64,000 bases of DNA from positions 15,748,001 to 15,812,000 of the forward strand of contig NC_083235.1 in NCBI RefSeq assembly GCF_032191835.1, given 5' to 3'. This document shows, piece after piece, positions 47,041 through 58,765 of this stretch (position 1 is the first letter of the stretch; each line of letters opens with the position of its first letter). Under the pieces are notes generated by a model. That model worked only from the letters and a program-made list of their open reading frames with translations. It was not told the origin of the DNA and searched no databases. This DNA is from Heteronotia binoei (taxonomy: Eukaryota). Made by a program: the position numbers and the translations under genes.

Positions 47041-47470
47041 TTGTCACTGAATAAAGTATTGCTCAACTGATTGACTTTGTTGGACTTCCGGTCTATGGCG
47101 GGCTGAGAAGGACGCGTCTACTCCCTGCTCCGGTAAAGTTTAAAGCTTTCTCCAGCTGTACTGCCCGAAAAGAAAACATTGAACTTTTTTGCTCACAGTT
47201 TACAAGTGATGAATTGCTTAAGTGCCTAGTTGCGCTTATTTGGTGATTTATAGCCGCCTGGCAACCTGTTTAAGTTGCGAGCTGTTAAATTTCCTCTGGT
47301 GCTTCTGTGCTCCTGTGTTCTGAGCTGACCGTTTGTGCTGTTTGACTCGTCCTTGTTGGAGTTAAGACCCAGTGAGGTGGCTGTTTCTGTTTCTGTTTCT
47401 GTTCTTGGTTTTGAGAAGAACCTGGAAAGAACTTGGAAAGGTGGCGTCTGGAACTAGGAGCGCAGCCAGA

Positions 47471-48076
47471 ATGGGGAAAAACAACAAAGATAAGCCTGGG
47501 GAGGCGGCTGAAGCTCCTTCTGCTACACTTGACTCATTAGCGGCCATGTTAGAAACTATGCGGCAAGAACTCAAGCCTTTGAAAGATATACCAGTCTATA
47601 TTACACAGCTTCGAGCTGATATCAGAGAGCTAAAAATTGAACTTTCTGCCATGCAAGAAAAATTCCAGTCAGTGAGTGCCAAATGCATTGAAGTGGAGGA
47701 AAGACTTGCCACCCACGAGACATCATGCAATGAAAAAATTGCCTCATTAACTAGTCGGGTGGATCAATTTGACTCTGCACTGAGGCGCCGTTCTCTCAAG
47801 GTACTCGGGTTGATTGGTGTGGAGGCAAGAACCAACGCCGAGTGGGTAGACTTCATGGACCTTTTTTTCAGGCAAGTCTTCAAGTTGGACCAAGCATACC
47901 CCTTGGACATTGAAAAAGTAAATAGATTCTTCTCCCCCCATCGTGAGGGGGAGGGAATACAAGTTATTTCAGTCCAATTTCTCAAAATTGCAACCCGAGA
48001 CGATATTTTGGCTAAGTTTCGACAGTATACTGCTAAGGAGCCTCTGTGCTGGGGGGCAAATGAACGGAAAATTATG

Positions 48077-48142
<66 letters not shown>

Positions 48143-49746
48143 TTTATTTCTATCCCGCCCTCCCCACCTCAGCAGGCTCAGGGCGGCTAACAACATTTTA
48201 TAAAAACATACAATAATAATAATAAAACCTTTAAGTTTAACAATATAAAACATCAACAATAAACTTAATAACATTAAAAACCAGTTCAATAAATACAGTT
48301 ATTCTGCGGTATAGTTCTTCAACCGCGTTGGCGGCTCCTTAATTTCTGATCTTCCTAACAGTCCGGGTGTGCAAATTTGAAAAGGACGGTCTTGCAGGCC
48401 CTGCGGAACTGCTCAAGGTTCCGCAGGGCCCGCACCTCCTCGGGGAGTCGGTTCCACAGAGTAGGAGCCGCAATCGAGAATGCCCGTACTCTGGTGCTCT
48501 GATATTTTATCTCCTTCGGCCCGGGGATGGTCATTAGATTTTTCCCGACTGACCTCAGTGCTCTCTGGGGTTCGTATGGGGAAAGACGGTCCCTCAGGTA
48601 GGCAGGTCCTCGGCCATATAAGGCTTTAAAGGTAACGACCAACACTTTGTACTGGACTCGGTATACAATCGGCAGCCAGTGCAGTTCACGCAGCCCCGGC
48701 TGTATATGCTCCCGTTTTGGGAGCCCCAGCAACAGCCTGGCTGCCGCGTTCTGCACTAGCTGCAGTCTCCGAGTCCGGCACAGAGGTAGCCCCAAGTAGA
48801 GGGCATTACAGTAGTCTAATCTTGAGGTGACCGTTGCGTGGATCACTGTTGCGAGGTCCCGGCGCTCGAGGAAAGGGGCCAACTGCCTTGCCCGCTTCAG
48901 ATGGAAGAATGCTGACTTGGCAGTGGCTGCTATCTGGGCCTCCATTGATAGTGAAGGCTCCAGTAAAACACCCAGGCTCTTTACCTGGCGCGCTGCTTTC
49001 AATAGCGCACCATCGAAGGCCGAGAGAGCTATTTCCCTTCCCAGAGCGCCGCGACCCACGCAAAGGACCTCTGTCTTCGCTGGGTTCAGTTTCAGCCCAC
49101 TCAGCCTGAGCCATGTCGCAACAGCCTGTAAAGCCCGGTCGAGATTCCCTGGTGCGGAGTCGGGCCAGCCGTCCATTAGTAGATAGAGCTGGGTGTCATC
49201 TGCATATTGATGGCAACCCAGCCCAAACCGCCGGGCAATCTGGGCGAGGGGGCGCATATAGATGTTGAACAACATCGGGGAGAGAACTGCTCCCTGAGGC
49301 ACCCCGCAATCCAGTGTGCGCCTCCGGGACCGTTCCCCCCCAATAGCCACCCTCTGTCCCCGACCTAGGAGAAAGGAGGAAAGCCATTGCAAGGCCGACC
49401 CCTCAACCCCAATGTCGGCGAGGCGGCGCGTCAGTAGCCGATGGTCGACTGTATCGAATGCAGCCGACAGATCTAACAACATCAGCACCGCAACGCCGCC
49501 TCGGTCCAGTTGCCGTTGGAGGTCATCCACCAAGGCGACCAGCACCGTCTCCGTGATTATGCAAAACATATTGTGGAGGCCAGGAAAAGATTCAAATTAG
49601 CGAAGGACATGGCCCGTCAGTTGCGACTGGAATATTATCTGGGCTTCCCAGCAGTCCTATCAATCACACATGCAGAAGAGACTAGGCGCTTCTCCAGTCC
49701 TAGAAAAGCAGAAAAGTACCTGCAACAGATTAAGGACCAGTCTTAA
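47471..49746 (+). pseudogene. L1-b ORF1 interrupted by an antisense L2 insertion
   Basis: ATG 47471, coiled coil, RRRSLKVLG; resumes DYAKHIVEARKRF..LGFPAVL after 49555. Confidence 0.85.
48077..49555 (-). mobile_element. L2-clade LINE, 5'-truncated, open RT C-terminal frame, (TTA)n tail
   Basis: LLDLSAAFDTVDH, GVPQGAVLSP, YADDTQLY, RLDYCN, LVQNAAAR, LHWLP, RAFS; tail at about 48077-48141. Confidence 0.9.
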
Positions 49747-50367
49747 CATGTCCTTAGTCTAACTAATGAGAATATTAATTCATTTATTAATCTATTAATT
49801 ATTTGAGTTTCTGAGTCTCTAGGGATTTGTTATTAAGTGTAAAAACTGTTATATGTATATATATGTGGAGGGCAAATGAATTAAATTAATTAAGCATTTA
49901 AGTTGCCGGTTGGGTAAAAGAAAATGGGTATTTATGAAAGCAGATTTCTAATTTAAAATGGAGTGTGGCGGATCTAGTAGCGGGGAAATATATATATATA
50001 TGGTGTGAACTGTTTTTCTGTGTATGAGTTGGGCAGCAAAAAACCAGCTAAACAGCTGGAGGTTTTATAGATACTTCTCTAAGGGGGTAGGGAGTGGCAG
50101 AGATCCCGGAAGCACCCCATATAATCGGAAGTCCTTGGGAGTATCACAGGGGTGGGTCAGGGGTGGGGGGGAAAAACACACATGTATTAAACAAAATGAA
50201 ATTGATAGGCTTAAACACTATATGGTTAGCTTTAAGTTCTAGAAATGGACAGAAACAAGAAAGAAGGCACTCATCTAATATTATAATCTATGGTATATAC
50301 AAGATTAAGTTGAAAGTATTGTTTCTTTGTTTACATGTTTCATAATTAAGAATAAGGGTGATTTAAG

Positions 50368-53300
50368 ATGGTAAAGATTCTAACGGTTAATATACATGGC
50401 GCTAGGACTACAAAAAAGAGAATGTTGCTCTGGCAAACGTGTAAGTCCATGGGTGTAGGGATAATATTTATTCAAGAAACCCATACCTTAAGTTCGGAAT
50501 GTAGTTGGTTCTGTCAGGAGAAAGGAACTCAGGTTTTTTCCACCGATTATAATATTAATTCACGTGGTGTGGCAATTCTAATACGCAAGATTGCTAATGT
50601 GTCAGTTCAACAAGTCATCTCAGATCCAGAAGGAAGATATATTGTGTTGCATATTCATATGTATGGAAAAAAGGTTTTATTGATTTCAATATATGGTTCA
50701 AACCGTGATCAACCTGCTGTTCTTCATAAAATAGGAGAAAGTATCCAGAATATGGAGTGGGATGACATTGTTTTTGGTGGTGACTTCAACGTAACTATGG
50801 ACCCGCTTCTGGATAGGAGTGACGCTAATATAAATAGACTCCCACAAGTTAGAGCAGTGTTGGGTGGCTATATGAAGGATTTGAGGTTGACTGATATATG
50901 GAGATTGTTACATCCTACACTCAGGGAATACACATTTTATTCAAGGGTTCATAACCTGATGTCTAGACTTGATTTCTTCTTGTTATCTCCCGATTTAATT
51001 TCAAAGGTGAATACTTGCGAGATAATCCATTCAACAATCTCTGACCACAATATGGTCCTGTTAGATATTCACTTGGCTCTTCAAGAAAAACCAAAAACAG
51101 CTTGGTGCTTTAATGCTACTTTGTTAGCGGATGACACATTTGTATCACAAATGCGTAGAGAAATCAATGAGTTCTTTGAGATAAATGAAGGCTCGTCATC
51201 TTCTAGATCTATAGAATGGGAAGCATTTAAAGCAGTGATCCGTGGGAAAGTTATTGCCTATACTGCACATAAAAAAAGAACAAGCGAAGAGCGGCTTGTA
51301 TCTCTGGAGAATGAGTTAACTCAGGCTTGGACAATAATGTATCAAAGCCCAAATGTGCTATCCTATAAATTGATTCAAAATTTGAATTATCAAATTAATT
51401 TATTAAAATATCATACACTTGAGCAAATCATGTACAAATCTCGTCATCAGCACTGGGAGTCAGGTGATAGAATAGGAAGAATATTATCAAACAAATTAAA
51501 AAGGGAAAAAGCTGATAAAAAAATCATTGCGATTAAAAATAGACAGAATAAGATCTGCATAGATTCACAGGAGATTGTTAACTCTTTCTTTGAGTTCTAT
51601 CAACAATTATATAATATCCCACAGATAGCAGAAGAGTCACAAATATCTAGCTTTCTGAAATGGGTAGAACTAAGTAAATTAAATAGTGAACAAAAAGTGG
51701 ATCTTGCGCAAAAAATAACTAGTCTAGAGATTAAGGTCGCAATTGATTCTTTAAAACGCCGTACAGCCCCTGGCCCAGATGGTTTTATATCTGAATGGTA
51801 CCTTGAATTTCAGGATGTGCTGATTCCTAAGTTACATCAGTTATATAACTCTTGGTATCAAAATGACTCTATACCAGAAGTAATGAATGAGTCTTTGATA
51901 ATCGTGATCCCGAAACCCAATAAAGATCGGTTGGAATGTACTAGTTACAGACCAATTTCTCTAATTAATCTTGATATAAAAATCTTAGCAATAATTTTGG
52001 CTAATCGGGTTAAGAGAGTAGCGGGATCTTTGATACACAAAGACCAAACAGGATTTATGTACGGCAGAAATGGGCAAGACAATATCCGGTTGGCATTAGA
52101 CATAATTGATCTGCAAAGAGATTCTATGGAAAACTCAGCGCTAATCTCTTTGGATGCTGAAAAAGCGTTCGATTCAATCCATAAGAACTTTATTTTTTCG
52201 GTTTTATCACATTTGAATTTTCCTCAATCATTGATAAAATGGATTAAATTACTATATCATAATCCATCATCCCGATTAAAAATTAATGATAATTTATCAC
52301 CTCCTATTCGATTAAATCGCGGTGTGAGACAGGGGTGTCCTCTCTCACCTCTTATTTTCAATTTGTGTATTGAACCTTTAGCGGCAGCCATTAGAAAATC
52401 TAAGGACGTCATAGGGATTAAATTTAAGAGTTTGGAATATAAACTTGCTTTATACGCAGATGATCTATTGCTGTTTGTGTCGAACCCTGAGCATTCTATC
52501 CCAGCTGTAATGACAATAATTGACAATTTCGGCAAGTTAGCTGGGTATAAAATAAACTGGTCTAAATCTGAGCTGATGCCATTAGGGCGTGGAAGTTTAG
52601 ATTATAGCTCTTTCCAGTTAGCAGTTACAACAGGGCAGGTGAAATATTTAGGCCTTTTTTTGCCCAACGATCTATCGCAGCTAGTTAAGATTAATTTAGA
52701 TAGGGTATTAACCAATATAACGACAGATCTAGAAAGGTGGAAGGGCTTGACCCTGTCATTATGGGGGAAAATTAATACTTTAAAAATGTGCATATTTCCA
52801 AAATTAATTTATATTTTGAGAGGCATTCCTATTCTAATCCCTAAGAAATGGTTCAATAAAATCGATGGGATCTTATCTAAGTTTATTTGGGGCTCCAGTC
52901 GACCTAAGATCTCTATGCTTAAGCTTCAGAGAGAGGTGAAGGAAGGTGGTTTTAAGGTTCCGAACCTGTTATTATATCACAGAGCCCTTTTATTAGCTGC
53001 AGTTAAATGGTGGAATCTTGGCAGCTTGGATAACGCACCGACCTGGGCATCGCTTGAGGGCGCAATGATATTTCCATTGGAGGGATGCTATGCACTAGGT
53101 TCGACGTTCTCTGTGATAAAACATCCACTGAGATCAATTACTTCAGCTAGAAAAGTATGGGAGCTGACACTGAAACTGGTTAACGCTGACCCTTTCTCGC
53201 ATGAAAAAGCCTCTTTGTGGGGCAATCCTTTAATTAAGATAGGCAATAAGCCGGTTTTTTGGCTTCGGTGGATGCACGCCGGTATTGTTTCTTTGGATCA

Positions 53301-54126
53301 GTTAAAAAATCAAGAGGATGAGTTTATTGCACACTATGAACTTCCAACTCAAATAACATCTTTACCATTATATCAGTGGAATTTTATGCAAATGAAACAA
53401 GCCTTGCGAACTGTGTTCGAGCCTGATGCGTTGGCGGCATCACAGTGCCCGCCATTGTTTGGTCAACTGTCTGAGGCATTTGAGCAGAAGAAATCCAATT
53501 TAGTGTTGTATAATATACTGAAGGAGATTACAATACCCGACCTATCTGCACTAAATCAAAAATGGAATCTAGAGGTTCAATGTCACGTGAACTTGGACCA
53601 ATGGGAAGATTGTTGTAATAAAATTAGGAAGTCCACTCTGGACATCAGGTTGATAACTATACAACAGAAAGTATTGCATAGAGTTTATTGGACCCCACTT
53701 CGTATGTTTAAGAGAGCAATGCTATCCTCAGCAGAGTGTTGGAGATGTAAGAGTAGAGAGGCGAATCTCACACATATGCTATTTAATTGTGAGGTGATTC
53801 AGAATTTTTGGCAACAGGTGTTATTGAAAATAAAGGATACAATTAAACGTCAACTACCATGGCAAGATAGTCACTTAATACTAAACTTTTTTCCGAAAGA
53901 ATGGAAATTAAAGAAGGGGCAAAAATTATGGTTAGGAAGGGCTCTGTTGATAGCAAAACGCCAAATTCTTAAACACTGGAAACAAAATGATGTAATTCCA
54001 ATTCTTCTTTGGGAAGATGACTTATTGAAACTTGCAGCTTTTGAAAAAATATCGTTTTCTGGTCGTAGACAAATGTGTCGTTTTAATGAGATTTGGAGTC
54101 CATTTATGCAAATGATGAATGTTTAG
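50368..54126 (+). CDS. L1-b ORF2p, intact 1252 aa (APE endonuclease, reverse transcriptase, CCHC)
   Basis: TVNIHG, QETH, GGDFN, SRLDFF, SDH; RQGCPLSP, YADD; CWRC..HMLFNC. Confidence 0.95.
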   Translation: MVKILTVNIHGARTTKKRMLLWQTCKSMGVGIIFIQETHTLSSECSWFCQEKGTQVFSTDYNINSRGVAILIRKIANVSVQQVISDPEGRYIVLHIHMYGKKVLLISIYGSNRDQPAVLHKIGESIQNMEWDDIVFGGDFNVTMDPLLDRSDANINRLPQVRAVLGGYMKDLRLTDIWRLLHPTLREYTFYSRVHNLMSRLDFFLLSPDLISKVNTCEIIHSTISDHNMVLLDIHLALQEKPKTAWCFNATLLADDTFVSQMRREINEFFEINEGSSSSRSIEWEAFKAVIRGKVIAYTAHKKRTSEERLVSLENELTQAWTIMYQSPNVLSYKLIQNLNYQINLLKYHTLEQIMYKSRHQHWESGDRIGRILSNKLKREKADKKIIAIKNRQNKICIDSQEIVNSFFEFYQQLYNIPQIAEESQISSFLKWVELSKLNSEQKVDLAQKITSLEIKVAIDSLKRRTAPGPDGFISEWYLEFQDVLIPKLHQLYNSWYQNDSIPEVMNESLIIVIPKPNKDRLECTSYRPISLINLDIKILAIILANRVKRVAGSLIHKDQTGFMYGRNGQDNIRLALDIIDLQRDSMENSALISLDAEKAFDSIHKNFIFSVLSHLNFPQSLIKWIKLLYHNPSSRLKINDNLSPPIRLNRGVRQGCPLSPLIFNLCIEPLAAAIRKSKDVIGIKFKSLEYKLALYADDLLLFVSNPEHSIPAVMTIIDNFGKLAGYKINWSKSELMPLGRGSLDYSSFQLAVTTGQVKYLGLFLPNDLSQLVKINLDRVLTNITTDLERWKGLTLSLWGKINTLKMCIFPKLIYILRGIPILIPKKWFNKIDGILSKFIWGSSRPKISMLKLQREVKEGGFKVPNLLLYHRALLLAAVKWWNLGSLDNAPTWASLEGAMIFPLEGCYALGSTFSVIKHPLRSITSARKVWELTLKLVNADPFSHEKASLWGNPLIKIGNKPVFWLRWMHAGIVSLDQLKNQEDEFIAHYELPTQITSLPLYQWNFMQMKQALRTVFEPDALAASQCPPLFGQLSEAFEQKKSNLVLYNILKEITIPDLSALNQKWNLEVQCHVNLDQWEDCCNKIRKSTLDIRLITIQQKVLHRVYWTPLRMFKRAMLSSAECWRCKSREANLTHMLFNCEVIQNFWQQVLLKIKDTIKRQLPWQDSHLILNFFPKEWKLKKGQKLWLGRALLIAKRQILKHWKQNDVIPILLWEDDLLKLAAFEKISFSGRRQMCRFNEIWSPFMQMMNV

Positions 54127-54689
54127 CTGATTTGATTTGATATCGTTGTAAACTGTATCGCTTTACTTTTCTTGTATTCACTATATGAAAGTTAGGTTGA
54201 TGTTCTTCTTTCTGATATCTATTAATGTTTAACTTGAGTAACTATTGTAATTTTATGCACTGGGGTTTCACAATAAAAATTTTAAAATATATATAAAAAA
54301 AAAAACTGATTGACTTTGTTGAGCTTCTCTCCTGTTTCTGCACCTACACCAGTTTGGTGTAGTGGTTAAGTGCGTGGATTCTTATCTGGGAGAACAGGGT
54401 TTGATTCCCCACTCCTCCACAGACACCTGCTGATGTGACCTTGGGTCAACCACAAGTTCTCTCAAGGCTATTCTGCTCAAGAGCAGTTCCGTGAGAGGTC
54501 TCTTAGCCCCACCTACCTCACAGGGTGTCTGTTGTGGGGAGGGGAAGAGAAAGGAGACTTGTAAGCCGCTCTGAGACTCCTTTGGCTAGCAAAAGGTGGG
54601 GTATAAATCAATTCTCTTCTCTTCTTCCTCTCACTTCTATTTCATTTGGCAAAACAATTCCCCACCACATTGGACCTATTTGTATGTGC

Positions 54690-54729
54690 TCTCTTTCCCC
54701 TCTCTTTCACTCACTCACTCACTCACTCA

Positions 54730-54774
<45 letters not shown>

Positions 54775-54777
54775 AAT
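54690..54777. repeat. Compound microsatellite (CTCA)n(CT)n(CA)n
   Basis: Read directly from the sequence. Confidence 0.95.
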
Positions 54778-55329
54778 CTTAGTTGTCCATTTTTGTCCCT
54801 GCATTCTGTTGCCTACTAAAGATTATACCAAAAGATATTTATCAGTCTGAAGCTGCTGTAATATACTTATCTAAAGACATAATAACCTTATCTAAAGACA
54901 TATGGACTTAGTAAGAAATATGAGCTAACTGTTATTTTTTTTAACTTCCTCAGCCAAAGCTCATCTCAGAACATGTTATCCTCCATATAAAACAGGACAA
55001 AACACATTAAGTTAGAACGTCTCCTTTTGGTTGCAAAAGTGACCTGATGACTCCATGGCACAACATCTGCAAAACAGCCCATGTTTTGTCAATCAGTTCC
55101 CAGTAGAGCCATCTTCTCAGGGTGCTTCTCTCCTTGGCAACCACTGCAGACTTCATGAAAATCTCCCCTCCCTCCTCTTCCTTGGAACATCATTTATATA
55201 CTCCTCTCTTTAGCTGCCTAGATTTAGATTCACCTTCTGCAACTGAGTTAACACCGAGCTTGCGTTGTGCATGACCTTGTGCAAGAAAGGGATAAGGTCT
55301 CTGACAATGCCCAACTGATGGCTTTCTCA

Positions 55330-56500
55330 CTTGCATTTCTGCACCATGTTCCAGATTTTTTTCTTATTCCACTGTGGGATTCCTGCTTTCTGCTGAGATG
55401 TTTATTCCTCATCCCAATCTGAGGTTATCTTCTGTGCTGATCAGCGCCTCAAATTACCTCCACCACAGATCTCCGATTCTCCTTACAGGAAATCAAAAAA
55501 GGTTTGGGTCTACCTGCATCTCATTTCATTTTATCACCCAGGATGTATCCTGGGCTGAACTTGGGGAACTGGTGAGAATTAATAAGGTGAGCCTAAACCT
55601 CTTTCCAAGGTGGTGGTTTGCAAAGATGGCTGCAAAGGCACAGCTGTATAAAATCTACAAAGGATAAAATCTACTTTAGGCATCAGCATATCTCAGTTTC
55701 GTTAACTTGGTCAAGATCTCTCTTAGGTTGTTAATTGTTAAATACTTATTATTACTATGGATCTGTTATATATACTAATCTCAATAAATGATGAATATTG
55801 GGGAAAAAAAAAAAGATCTCTCTTAGGTTGCATGTGTTCTGGATCAGATTTACCTTTTGGATTAGGAGTATCAGGTTTGTCTGTTCAGTATGTGACTGTC
55901 CCTCCTGAGTGTTTAAGGGGATGTCATTTTGTGCTCATTTGCCACTGACTAGCTGATTTAATACAATGGTATGCAGTGTTCCCTCTAAGCTGAGTTAGTG
56001 TGAGCTAGCTCACAGATTTTTAGGCTCCAGCTCACACATTTTTGTCTTAGCTCAGGAAGGATGACCCCAGAGCACAATAATTTATGCAGTAGCTCACAAC
56101 TTTAATACCAGTAGCTCGTAAAGTAGAATTTTTGCTCACAAGACTCTGCAGCTTAGAGGGAATATTGATGGTATGTGGGTTTAGTTGTGACTTTGGTTGC
56201 TCATTACACAAACACATGAACTTATGAAGCTACCTTCCACCGAATCAGACCCTTGGTCCATCAAAGACAGTATTGTCAACTCAGACTGGTAGAGGCTCTC
56301 CGGTGTCTCACACAGAGGTCTTTCACATCACCTACTGCCAAATCTTTTAACTGGAGGTACCAGGGATTGAACCTGGGACCTTCTGCATGCCCAAAGAGAT
56401 GCTCTACCATTGAGCCACAGCCCCTCCCACATCTCACATGAAAAATCATGCAACTCACAATGTTTGCTTTTTCCTGACTCCATCAAGTGGAGCACATATT
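55330..56500 (+). promoter_or_regulatory. Proximal copy of the module, putative OR-D 5' exon (donor at 55587)
   Basis: AAG|GTGAGC 2.2 kb upstream of the OR-D acceptor; palindrome CCCAGGAT-GT-ATCCTGGG. Confidence 0.5.
55974..56167 (+). mobile_element. hAT MITE with 8-bp TSD ATGGTATG
   Basis: TSD at 55966-55973 and 56168-56175; absent from the distal module copy. Confidence 0.9.
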
Positions 56501-57475
56501 CATAGAATCATAGAGTTGGAAGGGACTTCCCGGGTCATCCAGTCCAATCCCTTGCACAATGCAGGAAACTCATAAATACCTCTCACTAAATTCACAGTAT
56601 CCTCATTGCCGTCAGGTGACCATCCAGCCTCTGTTTAAAGACCTCCAAGGAAGGAGAGCCTGAGGAAGGAGAGCCTGAGGAAGCCTGTTCCACTGAGGAA
56701 CCACTCTAACTGTCAGGAAGTTCTTCCTAATGTTGAGCCGGAAAGTCTTGATTTAATTTCAACCCAAAATTATCCTAAATTAATTTCATTACAACAATCA
56801 GCAAGGAGAAAAAAAATATAAAAATGATTAGATCTACTGGGATGTTTAGATATAATTGGAGTGATGTACATTTACCCAATATTCTGGTAATACTGGCAAT
56901 GTAAAAGTATATGCTTGATTGTCTTTATAGATCCAGACTGACAAGAACAGAGATGTTGCACATACAGAGTACATGTATATCTCCCCTCAAGAAGGGGTGG
57001 GAAGAGAACATTAAATCTGGCCAGAGTAAAAGTTTTGTGGTATTTGGGGAATTCCAGCAAAGAAAAGATAACTCAAGGAAATAAAAAAATTGATTACTAT
57101 TCCCCACTGCCAGAACAGAGGTGGCTCACGATCTGTCCACTTGAAGAGAAATATCGGTTTAAGTGTTGCTTTAGCTCCTTGGTAGCCAAGGTTTGAAAGA
57201 GTTGTACTGGAAAGACCCAGAAGCGACAATTTATGTTCTATTGTTGTTACCCACCTTGAACGGAAAGTATCTAAGAGAATTAAAGAGATTAATCCAGAAG
57301 GAGAAAGAGTTATCTTAAGCCAAAAGTATATAGCATAAAACCAGACCCATGTTTCCAAAGTCACTTGTCCTGCCCCTACCCTAGGTGAGGCGTTGGAAAC
57401 ACACCAAGGGATTCCAAATAAAGTTCTTAAAATTTTTGACTGGATTGTCTCTATTATTATACAAGGAGAAATCCA

Positions 57476-57730
57476 GACCGATTCCCCACTAACCTCTCAC
57501 ACTCCTCTTCTCTATGGGGCTTCCGTCAGATTTCACACTATCTGCCCTGGGGCTGCAACTGGCTTCGCCTTATTCGTGCGGCAAACAGAAACCGGTTTTT
57601 AGAGGATCTTGTTTGCTGTGCGAAAGAGGCGGAGTGAATTGCAGCCCTGGGACAGACAGCGTAAAATCCAACAGAGGCCCCATGGAGAAGAGGAGAGTGA
57701 GAGTGGCATAAGGCTAGTGGGGAATCGGTC
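57476..57730. mobile_element. Palindromic MITE just upstream of the OR-D acceptor
   Basis: TIR gaccgattccccact / agtggggaatcggtc with a degenerate internal palindrome. Confidence 0.7.
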
Positions 57731-57793
57731 ATAGGAATGAGGTGTGGACAAGCATGCAATCTCATTTCCTTCCTTTTCATTTTCAGCTTGGCC

Positions 57794-58765
57794 ATGGAAA
57801 AGGAACAGAGGAACCAAACCAATTTTGCTGGATTCATCCTCCTGGGTCTCTCTGCCTCGCCCGAGTTCCAGAGTCTTCTCATCCCCATCTTCCTCTCCAT
57901 ATACTTGGTTGGCCTGCTGGGGAACCTCTTGATCATCCTGGTGATCTGCTCCAATGATACCCTCTTCCATAGCCCCATGTACTTCTTCCTCAGCCACCTC
58001 TCCTTAGCTGACATTGGATTCAGCTCCAACGCCATGCCCAAGATGTTGCAGATCCTGGTGTCCAAGACCAACACCATATCCTACAATGGCTGCTTGACCC
58101 AGCTGTATTTCTTTGTGGTCTTTTGCACCACAGATAACTTCCTCCTGGCTTCCATGGCCTGTGATCGCTACGTGGCTATCTGCCGCCCACTACATTATAG
58201 TAGAGTGATGAGCTACAAGCGCTGTCTGATCTTGGCTGCCGGATCTTGGCTCCTGTCCAATGCCCAGGGCTTGCTGTATGTATTCTCGATATCTGGTTTT
58301 TCCTTCTGTGCTTCCCGGGAGATCTCCCATTTCTTCTGCGATGTTCACCCTTTAATCAAACTCTCCTGCTCAGACACCTCCTCTGTTGAAATGATGCTTA
58401 TGTTTGAAGGCACGGCGACTATGCTCGGGCCCCTCTTGCTTATCCTCATCTCCTACATCTTCATTGTCTCCAAAGTGTTGAAGGTCCCATCTGCTTCTGG
58501 GAAGTACAAGGCCTTCTCCACCTGTGGCTCCCACCTCACCACGGTAGCCTTGTTCTACGGCACTCTGATAGGAACCTACATCCGCCCATCATCCACATAT
58601 TCCGGCACTAAGTTGAGCATGGCATCCATTTTCTACACTGCCGTCACTCCTATGCTCAACCCCTTTATCTATAGCCTGAGGAACAGTGAGATGCATGGGG
58701 CGATGAGGAGGTTGCTGAGGATTTGGTTTCGGAAGGAGAGAGGCGTGGGGGAGATGAGATCCTAG
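57794..58765 (+). CDS. Olfactory receptor OR-D, different subfamily (OR family 1-like), 323 aa
   Basis: FHSPMYFFLSHLS, MACDRYVAICRPLHY, FFCDVHPLIKLSCSDT, KAFSTCGSH, PMLNPFIYSLRN. Kozak gccATGG at 57791-57797, preceded by a pyrimidine tract and AG at 57785-57786. Confidence 0.93.
   Translation: MEKEQRNQTNFAGFILLGLSASPEFQSLLIPIFLSIYLVGLLGNLLIILVICSNDTLFHSPMYFFLSHLSLADIGFSSNAMPKMLQILVSKTNTISYNGCLTQLYFFVVFCTTDNFLLASMACDRYVAICRPLHYSRVMSYKRCLILAAGSWLLSNAQGLLYVFSISGFSFCASREISHFFCDVHPLIKLSCSDTSSVEMMLMFEGTATMLGPLLLILISYIFIVSKVLKVPSASGKYKAFSTCGSHLTTVALFYGTLIGTYIRPSSTYSGTKLSMASIFYTAVTPMLNPFIYSLRNSEMHGAMRRLLRIWFRKERGVGEMRS

Larger units (their letters stand above)
47083..54303 (+). mobile_element. Full-length L1 (L1-b) with 18-bp TSD
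   Basis: TSD aactgattgactttgttg at 47065-47082 and 54304-54321; 5' end gacttccggtctatggcg; AATAAA and A-tail. Confidence 0.95.

Noticed and set aside
47969-48289. Poly-Tyr (minus) and poly-Ile (plus) ORFs
   Set aside because: They are translations of the L2 (TTA)n tail.
54322-55330. Decayed OR CDS belonging to the distal promoter module
   Set aside because: No OR motif (PMY, DRY, KAFSTC, PxLNP) could be read in any frame by eye; a tblastn would be more sensitive.
57538-58077. Antisense ORFs overlapping OR, L1, Gypsy and L2 coding regions
   Set aside because: Shadow ORFs expected opposite coding sequence; no independent evidence.
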